Assembly: GCA_963693055.1 (NCBI GenBank)
Contig: OY843751.1
Coordinates: 3,456,001-3,520,000 of the forward strand
Direction of reading: 5' to 3'
DNA: 64,000 nucleotides
DNA from: a bacterium
GTDB lineage: Bacteria; Zhuqueibacterota; Zhuqueibacteria; Residuimicrobiales; Krinioviventaceae
The translations under genes and the position numbers were made by a program. The notes under the pieces are model-generated. The model saw nothing but the letters and a program-made list of their open reading frames with translations, was not told the origin of the DNA and made no database searches. Positions 56,248 through 64,000 of the stretch are shown here, in pieces (positions within the stretch are counted from its first letter, which is position 1; each line of letters starts with the position of its first letter).

Positions 56248-59200
56248 TCACATTGAGGCTTTTACTGTCTTTATACTTTTTAACAAGTCCAGATTTTCCG
56301 GATACTTTATTAATGATTGCTTATAAGAGTCTGGTTCGATATGAGTCAAACATAACTTTAAGCATTGGTATGCTTTACGAAAACATTTATAACTCTTGAT
56401 TTTATCTCCGGCTTTGAAATACATTTTGCCGCGGAGATAATAAATGCTTTTCACTTGAAGCATTAACCCCATCGATTGCGCAATTTCTTCTGCACGGTCC
56501 AGAGTTTTCTCTATCACTTCTATAGGTTTCTGCGCTTTGTACATTGCATTTGCAAACAATATCATTATTTGCAATTTATACCACTTGAAATTAGAATCTT
56601 CTATTACTTTTTGTAAGGATGGCAATATCTTTAAAGCATTTGCCATTTGGCCTTGTTCAATATAATATTGTAAATAAAACATCTCTATCTGCATCTTAAG
56701 CATAATATTAGAATCTTTGTCAGATAATGCTTTGGCTTCATGCAGAGATGGGTTTTCAAATTCACCAGTTTCAAGAAATTTAATTCTGGACTTCATTACC
56801 AGATATTCACCGAGCTTGGATTTATCGTTCAAAGATTCTGTAATTTTTAAACAGGCATCAATAGACATTTGGGCCTGCTCTATTTGATATAAAGCAACAT
56901 AAACCCGGCTTTTTTGAAAGAGCATTTCAGCTTTTGTAGACTCGCTTCGTATACGCTCAGAAAACTTTATTCCTTCATCAAGAATATTTAAAGCATTTGT
57001 ATAATCTTCACGTAAAAAAAGCAATTCACCAATATTACAATGCGATGCTACCAATCCACGAATATCACCAATTCGGTTTTTCAAATCTTTGCATTTTTTA
57101 AAATAATTCAAGGCACGCTCATATTGTCCACTTTCCATCAACAGTATGCCCAGATTATTATAATTTTCTGCAAGTCCGGCCCAGTCACCGGCCTCTTCCA
57201 TTACCTCCATACTTGAACGCCAATAGGTACTGGCTTTTTCAGGATCACCGGAAACATTATATACAATACCCAAATTATTCAGGGTTGCGGCCATACTCTT
57301 TTTATCGCCCATTTCTTTCTTAACTGAAGCACTTTTTGCAAAATATTTAATAGCATATTCAATATTTCCGGAATAAAAGCTAGCTCCACCCAACGTATTC
57401 AATGTTAAAGCCATAATACGAGATGGAGAGTTTTCAGGCAACAAATTCAATGCCTTTTCACCCAACTGAATTGCTTCCTGATAGTTACCTCTCATAATTG
57501 ATAGCCATGCCAATTCTCTCAAAATTAACGCACGTTCTATAATAGCACTTGCAGGAGCCTGCTTTAATGCACGGTTTAAAGCTTCATCCGCCTGATCTAC
57601 ATTACCAATTTTCTGATAAAGATCAGAAATCCGTCTTTCAAGGGCTGATTTGGCAACACCCGCTTTATAATCCGGTAACAATTCGCTATATAAATCAAGA
57701 GCAGTAGTTGAATCTCCCAACGAATCTTTTAAATCAGCTACGTTTCGTTTAAAAAAACGAACAAGCCTTTTTTTATCTGCAGGACTATGGTCCAATGCTA
57801 GCTGGGCAATAACCAGTGCACGTCTATATGAATTTGAATTTTTTAAAATATTAATTGCTTGAGAAGCAAGCGGTATCCCTTCAACGATATACCCTGCTCT
57901 TAAAAAATGTAAAGCCTTTTGATTTGGAGCATATTCCATGTCTGAACACTCTAACAAATATGCTGCTATTCTAGCAGTAATATCAGATTTAGCAGTTTCA
58001 GACAATTGTCCCATAACTGCATCTCTAAAAGCAATAGATAAAAAGCTGTAAACCGTACCCAGTTTGTCGTGATGTTCCAACAGAATACGCTTATCCATCA
58101 ATATTTCTACATTATGCTGGATTTCATTCTCATCACAGTTGACAAGATGTAATAGTAATCGCTTTTCTATTGCAGAATCATAGACTGCGATATTTTGTAA
58201 TATATTTTTTTGGAGTTCAGACAGGTTTCTGAATGTATTCAGATACAGCGCATTGATACTGGAAAGATCCAATGATTCCAGATCATAAGTTTCACTCATC
58301 ATCCAGGTTCTATCAGATCGGATAAAGAAACCTGCATTATTCAAAGCTGTAACAATAGCAGCTACAATCTCAACATTACCACCACTTTTACCATACAATT
58401 GCTGGTAAAATCTGGCAGGAAATAAAGAGGGCTTGAAAGCTGTAAGTAAGAGCTGTTCAAGCTCGGTTTCTTCTAAACACTTTACTCGAAAATCATATAC
58501 CGCAGCAAGTGAATCTCGACCTTTTTGAATATTTAATGCTGCTTCATCAGACTGTCGGTCTGTGGTAATGGTTACAACTATAGATACTTTATCATGGACC
58601 AGCGAACGACCAAGATAATAAATCAGGTCCAGCACTGCATTATTAGCCTGTTCCAGATTACGCAAAATAATTACTATACGCTTTCTTCTGCTTAAATCCC
58701 GAACCAGATTTGAAAATTCTTCCATAAACCGAAAACGTCCAAGTTCGTAATCATCCCGATTTTGACGTATTGCCAACAGCTCAGCTTCGGTTTCGGAAAC
58801 AAGTTTTTCAATATCTGCATACCCTTTAAAAGCATCAATAAAAGGTTGATACAGTGAGCCCTTGTCATCCCGGCACCAGCTCTCAAGGACAGATATATTA
58901 TCCAACTGCATTTTCGATTTTACATCCTGTAAAATTCTATATGCACCAGAGCCTTCATTGCCATTTATTGTAATAAAGTTGATTACATCATCATGTTGTG
59001 ACAAGCCAATGGATATTTGCAGTAAAAGTTTTTGAATTTCAGGATCACGCAACTTTAAAAATGCATCCATAATTAATGGAGAAATAAGGTCACGTGTTTT
59101 TGCAGAATCATAATCTTCAACACCCAAAGCGGTCAACAATTCTTCGCAACTTGCAAACCTCTCCAAAGGATCTTTAGACAAGAGTCTGAAAATAACAGAT

Positions 59201-59967
59201 TCAAGTTTATCAGAAAGATCAACTCCCAGAGCAGAAAATCTTTTGGGCAGCGTGCGCAAATGCCCGCTCTTGATATCATCCGGACTGCCATAAAATGGAG
59301 CTTTTCCGGTCAGGGCCCAGTACATTAAAATACCAACAGCATAAAGATCAGTAGAAAAGGTAACTGGCGCTTTTTGAAAAAGTTCAGGCGCCATGTATTC
59401 TAATGTGCCGCTCAGCGTTTGTTTGAGTTTTATATTTTCATCTTTACGTACGGCAAGACCAAAGTCCATTACCTTAATATTGGGATTCCCCTTTTCATCA
59501 TGGTAAACCATGATGTTTTCGCTTTTTATATCACCGTGCAATATTCCAGAAGCATGAATATAACCCAGTGCCTGTACAAGCTGTATAAACAACTTTACCA
59601 GAATTTCGCTGGAAAAAGAACCAACGGCATCAAAAAAATCTTTGCCATTCACATATTCCATTGTATAGAAATACTCATCACGATCAGAAAATTTACCAAA
59701 ATCAATTACCCGTACCAGGTTAGGGTGCCTGAGTGCGGATAAAATAGCAAATTCCCGACGCAAAGATTCTATAATCTCTGGATCTGAATGTTTTGCATGA
59801 AAGACTTTGAGAACAATGTTCTCATTATCACGTGCGGTATCCTCAACAAGAAAAACAATTCCCATCCCCCCACGGCCCAGCTCCTTAATCACTCGATAAC
59901 GGCCGTTTATCACATCGTCCACAGTTTTCGTTTTTAGTTCAGGAGATTGAAAAACTGCATTTTCCAT
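56248..59967 (-). CDS. Hanks-type Ser/Thr kinase - degenerate AAA/STAND-like NTPase - TPR protein
   Basis: GRGGMG, VLK, HPNLV, HGDIKSEN, DFG, GTLEYMAPE; central GNEGSGAYR / IILRNLEQAN / SGGN; TPRs (LNTLGG, LNNLGIVY, YNNLGIL). Confidence 0.92.
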   Translation of the reverse strand: MENAVFQSPELKTKTVDDVINGRYRVIKELGRGGMGIVFLVEDTARDNENIVLKVFHAKHSDPEIIESLRREFAILSALRHPNLVRVIDFGKFSDRDEYFYTMEYVNGKDFFDAVGSFSSEILVKLFIQLVQALGYIHASGILHGDIKSENIMVYHDEKGNPNIKVMDFGLAVRKDENIKLKQTLSGTLEYMAPELFQKAPVTFSTDLYAVGILMYWALTGKAPFYGSPDDIKSGHLRTLPKRFSALGVDLSDKLESVIFRLLSKDPLERFASCEELLTALGVEDYDSAKTRDLISPLIMDAFLKLRDPEIQKLLLQISIGLSQHDDVINFITINGNEGSGAYRILQDVKSKMQLDNISVLESWCRDDKGSLYQPFIDAFKGYADIEKLVSETEAELLAIRQNRDDYELGRFRFMEEFSNLVRDLSRRKRIVIILRNLEQANNAVLDLIYYLGRSLVHDKVSIVVTITTDRQSDEAALNIQKGRDSLAAVYDFRVKCLEETELEQLLLTAFKPSLFPARFYQQLYGKSGGNVEIVAAIVTALNNAGFFIRSDRTWMMSETYDLESLDLSSINALYLNTFRNLSELQKNILQNIAVYDSAIEKRLLLHLVNCDENEIQHNVEILMDKRILLEHHDKLGTVYSFLSIAFRDAVMGQLSETAKSDITARIAAYLLECSDMEYAPNQKALHFLRAGYIVEGIPLASQAINILKNSNSYRRALVIAQLALDHSPADKKRLVRFFKRNVADLKDSLGDSTTALDLYSELLPDYKAGVAKSALERRISDLYQKIGNVDQADEALNRALKQAPASAIIERALILRELAWLSIMRGNYQEAIQLGEKALNLLPENSPSRIMALTLNTLGGASFYSGNIEYAIKYFAKSASVKKEMGDKKSMAATLNNLGIVYNVSGDPEKASTYWRSSMEVMEEAGDWAGLAENYNNLGILLMESGQYERALNYFKKCKDLKNRIGDIRGLVASHCNIGELLFLREDYTNALNILDEGIKFSERIRSESTKAEMLFQKSRVYVALYQIEQAQMSIDACLKITESLNDKSKLGEYLVMKSRIKFLETGEFENPSLHEAKALSDKDSNIMLKMQIEMFYLQYYIEQGQMANALKILPSLQKVIEDSNFKWYKLQIMILFANAMYKAQKPIEVIEKTLDRAEEIAQSMGLMLQVKSIYYLRGKMYFKAGDKIKSYKCFRKAYQCLKLCLTHIEPDSYKQSLIKYPENLDLLKSIKTVKASM

Positions 59968-59982
59968 TTAAACCATTTTTCG

Positions 59983-61554
59983 TTATTCCCAATACCAATG
60001 CGCTATGTTGAAAAAAGTCGATACAGGAGAAAATTGTATTCCCTTTAATTGCTTATCCATTCCAACAATTCGTTCAGGGATCCACAAAAATGTTGCGGGT
60101 TGTTCCTGAACAATAATTTCTTGAAATTCATACCACAAAGGCCTGGATTTTTCGGGCTCCAAGATGTCAGGGGCCTGTTCTATTATTTCATCTATTCGTT
60201 TATTCTGATAACATGACAAATTGAAACCGGGAGATTCAATCATAGAAGAATGCCAAATAGGATAAACATCAACCTTGGTTGCTGACATCATACCCAGTAA
60301 CAAGGCATCAAAATCGCGGGACATTAAATCTTCAACATAAGCTGAAAATTCAAGACGCTGTGGAATCACCTTGATTCCAACCTTTTTTAACATTTCCTGA
60401 ATCATTACGAGTGCATCTTCGCGTACCTGGCTGCCAATATTTGTTAACATTTGAAATTCAAAATCTTTTCCATTTTTATCAAGCCAGCCATCATTATTGC
60501 TGTCAGTCCAACCCTCTTCTTTTAACAGAGTTTTTGCGGTTTCGGGATCAAAGGGTATTGATTCAAGATCAGGATTATATGCCCACAACATGGGATGTAT
60601 AGGGCTGTCATAAACTTTACCATATCCTTTTAACAAATGCTGAACCAGAGTCGGACGATCAATTGACATGGTCAATGCTCTTCGAACACGGGCACTTGCA
60701 AACAAAGATCTACTTGTATTCCATGATATTTGATTAAATTGAGCATATGGAAAATGCTCTAAACGCAGTTGGGGTGAATTGCTAAAATCTGCGTTCGCCG
60801 GAGGTACACCTTCGATAAAATGAATTTCACCAGTTTTAAGCTGTGTAAGGAGTTGTGTTTTATCCGGTACAATTTTAAATACAATCCGTGGAAGCTTGGG
60901 TAACCCTTCAACTGAAAATTTTTCGTTTCTTAACAGCTCAATAAATTGATTTGGTACCCAGGACTGTATAACATATGGACCCGAAAAAACACCATCCAGT
61001 GCAAAATCAAAAGATTTTATTTGTTCTGCGGATTTATCGGCAAATATATGTTTGGGAACGATAACACCTTCACAGGCATCCATTAACTGATAGGGATAAA
61101 GCGTATCAAAATAAAAATCAATTGTTGAATCATTTAATACACGGACTTGCGAAATATGTTCTTTGACATTCGCACCAGCCCACCCGATATCAGGATCGGT
61201 TTGTAATTGAAACGTAAATTCAACATCTGCAGCAGTCAATGGTACACCATCAGACCAAAGCACATCAGATCTCAAATGAAATCGGATTCGACTGTCATTG
61301 TCCATCATCTCCCAGGAACGGGCAAGCGCGGGTTTAAAACTGACAAAATCCGGTTGCTCAATTAACAGGGACTGAAACAACATTTTAGACATTTCAGAAC
61401 CAAATCGCGAGGTTGTAACCAAAGGATTAAAGGAATCTGTATCACCTGGTACACCAATAATCAAAACATTTTTGGTGGCATTTTTTCCACATGAAAATAG
61501 AAAAATCCCCAAGACAGATAATAAAAGCAGAATTGAATTTATTTTAATTTTCAC
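59983..61554 (-). CDS. Peptide/nickel ABC transporter substrate-binding lipoprotein (family 5, OppA/AppA-like)
   Basis: GTG start; lipobox LFSC; PALARSWE, FHLR.DV.WSDGVPLTAADVEFT, GPYV, RVRRALTMSIDR. Confidence 0.92.
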   Translation of the reverse strand: MKIKINSILLLLSVLGIFLFSCGKNATKNVLIIGVPGDTDSFNPLVTTSRFGSEMSKMLFQSLLIEQPDFVSFKPALARSWEMMDNDSRIRFHLRSDVLWSDGVPLTAADVEFTFQLQTDPDIGWAGANVKEHISQVRVLNDSTIDFYFDTLYPYQLMDACEGVIVPKHIFADKSAEQIKSFDFALDGVFSGPYVIQSWVPNQFIELLRNEKFSVEGLPKLPRIVFKIVPDKTQLLTQLKTGEIHFIEGVPPANADFSNSPQLRLEHFPYAQFNQISWNTSRSLFASARVRRALTMSIDRPTLVQHLLKGYGKVYDSPIHPMLWAYNPDLESIPFDPETAKTLLKEEGWTDSNNDGWLDKNGKDFEFQMLTNIGSQVREDALVMIQEMLKKVGIKVIPQRLEFSAYVEDLMSRDFDALLLGMMSATKVDVYPIWHSSMIESPGFNLSCYQNKRIDEIIEQAPDILEPEKSRPLWYEFQEIIVQEQPATFLWIPERIVGMDKQLKGIQFSPVSTFFNIAHWYWE

Positions 61555-61563
61555 AACTGTCCC

Positions 61564-62985
61564 TTAATAAATGATATCGTCAGAAACATTCAGTTTTTCT
61601 ACTTGTAATCCTTTTTTATCTTTTTGATAAACAGGCAAAGAGAGTGTAAATGTTGAACCTATTCCTAATTCACTATCAACTACAATGGAACCACCATGTT
61701 TTTTGGCAATTGCCTGACAGATACTGAGACCAAATCCATGACCTTCTGCTTTGTCCGTGAACAGAGGTGTAAAAATCTGACTCAATTTAGATTTTTCAAT
61801 ACCGGGGCCGGTATCTTGAATGCATATATCCACGCAATTCTCTTTTTCGAAATAGCGTGTTTTAAATGTAATATGTGTATCCGGACGGACTTCAATAGCA
61901 TTCTTTGTAATATTGTAAAAGATCTGCTGAATTTGTCCCTTGTCAACATCAATCTCTGGTACTTCCGGATCAAAATCCTGTTCAAAACTGGCACCCGATT
62001 TTTTATAAACCGGACGAATAAATTCCATAAAATCATGAACAAGCTGATTCAGGTTACAAGGCTCAATTTTTGTTTCAAGATGTGAATTGTTCATGAGTCC
62101 CTGAGAGAACCGGGTCATATTATCAAGTTTTTTGGCAACAAATTCCAGGTGTCCTAAAACCTTTTTTGTATCTCCCTCATTTACCAGATAGTGTATAGCC
62201 AGCTCAAGGTTTCCATAAATGATTGATAACAAGTTGTTCAACTCGTGACCAATACGTGCAGCCATCTTGCCACGTGCAGCCATCTTTTCAGCATAAATCA
62301 TACGGTCCTGAGCATTCTCTAGCTGCTCATAAGATACTTTGACCTTTTGGTATAATTGAGCATTGCGTATACCTTCGGCAGCCTGATCAGCAAACAACTG
62401 GAACAATTGTTTCTTGATCTTGGATTTACCAATAAGCGGTTGTGAACTGTCTGCATAGATAACACCTATCAATTCACCATTAATAAACATAGGACAGCAG
62501 ACAATACTGCGCAATTTTAATTGACGCACACTTTGAGTAGGAGAGTAATTTTGATCTGAAAAAACATCTTCAATATAAACAATCTCTTTTTTACGGATAG
62601 TTTCGTGTAAATAGCTGTTACTAATTTTGAATTCACTGTCATTCAAAATCTTTTTATCAGCATCACGACCAATCTTAAATTCCATCTCTCCTTTTGTGTT
62701 TTTCAACACAAGAAATCCTCGCTCCGCATGAATAACTGAAATAGCAGCATCCATAACATGCAGCAGAACTCTTTTTATATCCAAAGAACTGTTCATCAAC
62801 CGGAATGTTTCCAGCAATTTAGAAATAAAATTCCAATCGCCTATGGAACTGTCTTCTTCCTGTGCCTCAATCTCTTCGTCCAGATCCTCAATTTCCTGAT
62901 CAAACTGACTTATCAGATCCATAAAATCATTTTCAGCACCAGCTTCTTCTTTTGGAAACAGTTCCCTATCTTTATCCGTGAACAT
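61564..62985 (-). CDS. Cytoplasmic GAF-domain sensor histidine kinase
   Basis: GAF; H-box ARIGHELNN; N-box NITKNAIE; G1 DTGPGI; F-box IFTPLFTDK; G2 GHGFGLSIC; GSTF; no TM helix. Confidence 0.93.
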   Translation of the reverse strand: MFTDKDRELFPKEEAGAENDFMDLISQFDQEIEDLDEEIEAQEEDSSIGDWNFISKLLETFRLMNSSLDIKRVLLHVMDAAISVIHAERGFLVLKNTKGEMEFKIGRDADKKILNDSEFKISNSYLHETIRKKEIVYIEDVFSDQNYSPTQSVRQLKLRSIVCCPMFINGELIGVIYADSSQPLIGKSKIKKQLFQLFADQAAEGIRNAQLYQKVKVSYEQLENAQDRMIYAEKMAARGKMAARIGHELNNLLSIIYGNLELAIHYLVNEGDTKKVLGHLEFVAKKLDNMTRFSQGLMNNSHLETKIEPCNLNQLVHDFMEFIRPVYKKSGASFEQDFDPEVPEIDVDKGQIQQIFYNITKNAIEVRPDTHITFKTRYFEKENCVDICIQDTGPGIEKSKLSQIFTPLFTDKAEGHGFGLSICQAIAKKHGGSIVVDSELGIGSTFTLSLPVYQKDKKGLQVEKLNVSDDIIY

Positions 62986-63063
62986 TATAAAGCCTCCTAA
63001 TGCGCTTTACAGCAAAATCATAAAATACAATTGGATAACCTTACGGCTAGCCACTAATTTGAG

Positions 63064-63079
63064 TACAAATATTGTGCCG
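63064..63079 (-). promoter_or_regulatory. Possible sigma54-type promoter of the HK-SBP-STK operon
   Basis: Minus strand CGGCACAATATTTGTA: GGCAC -24 box, exact spacing, -12 box TTGT instead of TTGC. Confidence 0.45.
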
Positions 63080-63233
63080 CAAAGATAGCACAATACTAAA
63101 TCTGTTCTACAAACAAGAATAACTCAAATGTTGAATTCCATACAACATATCAACACCGATATAACAGCCCAACCTATTGTTTTTACGAGCCCTGACGAGC
63201 AAGTTTAGGTCAGACATCACGTACACAGAAAAT

Positions 63234-64000
63234 TTAATATTTAAAAAATCTTTCCTGCAAATATTCTCCAAACAAATTAATTAACAAAACTGTTACAACA
63301 ATGGCCACTCCGGGAAACACACTGATCCACCAACCATCTATTAATACCTGCCGGCCCTCATTAATTATATTACCCCAGCTTGGAGTAGGTGGTTGAACAC
63401 CCAGGCCAACAAAACTCAATGCAGATTCAACAAGAATCACATTTCCAAAAAGCAGTGTTGCTGAAACAGCAACCGGGCCAATTAAATTTGGCAGTAAATG
63501 CTTAAATAACAACCTCATTCTAGAGATGCCTATAACGGTTTCTGCCAGAATAAAATCTTTATGCTTTAAAGCAAGGGTCTGGTTGCGCACCAGTCTTGCA
63601 ATATCCATCCAGCTAAATAGCGCTATTATCAAGACAATCCACAATACTGAACTTTTTCCCAATACAGCGGCAACGGACAAGATCAACAAGAATTGCGGAA
63701 TCGCCATAAACACATTGATCACATTATTCAAGACAAAATCGAACCGATCAAAAAAACCACTTGTCAACCCATAAGGTATTCCAATCAATAGTGACATACC
63801 TACGGATAATAATGCCACCCATAAGGAAATTCTCCCTCCATATAACACTCTTGCCATAACATCTCGACCAAATTTATCAGTACCCATCAGATGTCCCGCA
63901 TTTGGTGCATGATATGAGTGTTCAAGATCATGAGTTACAGGATCGTAATTAATCAACAACGGTCCTGCAATTAAACTGATCAGTAATATCAACAACAAGA
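63234..64000 (-). CDS. Peptide ABC transporter permease (OppC/DppC-like); 5' end lies outside the window
   Basis: HLMGTDKFGRDV..RVLYGGRISL, EAA-like loop DFILAE..IG, ESALSFVGLG..PPTPSWG, WWISVFPG. Confidence 0.93.
   Translation of the reverse strand, partial: LLLILLISLIAGPLLINYDPVTHDLEHSYHAPNAGHLMGTDKFGRDVMARVLYGGRISLWVALLSVGMSLLIGIPYGLTSGFFDRFDFVLNNVINVFMAIPQFLLILSVAAVLGKSSVLWIVLIIALFSWMDIARLVRNQTLALKHKDFILAETVIGISRMRLLFKHLLPNLIGPVAVSATLLFGNVILVESALSFVGLGVQPPTPSWGNIINEGRQVLIDGWWISVFPGVAIVVTVLLINLFGEYLQERFFKY

Noticed and set aside
56248-59967. Avs/STAND-type antiphage defence system
   Set aside because: Walker motifs are dead, there is no nuclease/TIR/SIR2 effector, and the context is signalling and transport; cannot be fully excluded
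4986-63774. Numerous 60-180 aa antisense or alternate-frame ORFs inside long genes
   Set aside because: No recognisable motifs; nested in well-supported CDSs

Overview
AT-rich bacterial DNA, almost entirely coded on the minus strand. The 'YPNPFNP' C-terminal sorting domains, FISUMP, DUF4838/DUF1080 and large STK-AAA-TPR proteins suggest an FCB-group organism such as KSB1/Calditrichota (inference). Four blocks: (1) 1-4.9 kb: partial GH2 glycosidase, a FISUMP protein, a small T9SS-type cargo protein, a RAYT transposase remnant and a hypothetical protein. (2) 4.9-37.8 kb: a co-directional ~33 kb cluster of about 20 genes for glycan and sugar-acid catabolism, headed by a LacI-type operator palindrome. 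It encodes GH106-like, GH141-like, two DUF4838, two BNR sialidase-like, two GH20/GH67-N-like and two DUF1080 proteins, plus Zn-ADH, SDR, MBL lactonase-like, DapA-like aldolase, URO-D-like, DUF362 and VOC. (3) 38-53.9 kb: a CNNM/CBS gene, four tandem ~1000-aa secreted paralogs (three copies of an unrecognised domain + beta domain + 3 PKD + T9SS CTD) and a divergent alpha/beta-hydrolase. (4) 54-64 kb: a signalling locus, the best candidate for an undescribed system. It has a sigma54-type promoter driving a small lipoprotein ending in an HF|S autoproteolysis-like motif, a Ser/Thr kinase-dead NTPase-TPR protein, a peptide ABC binding protein and permease, an intact GAF histidine kinase and a paralogous ATP-binding-dead GAF pseudokinase. 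No rRNA, tRNA, CRISPR array or intact mobile element was seen. All family assignments come from motif recognition by eye, not database searches.
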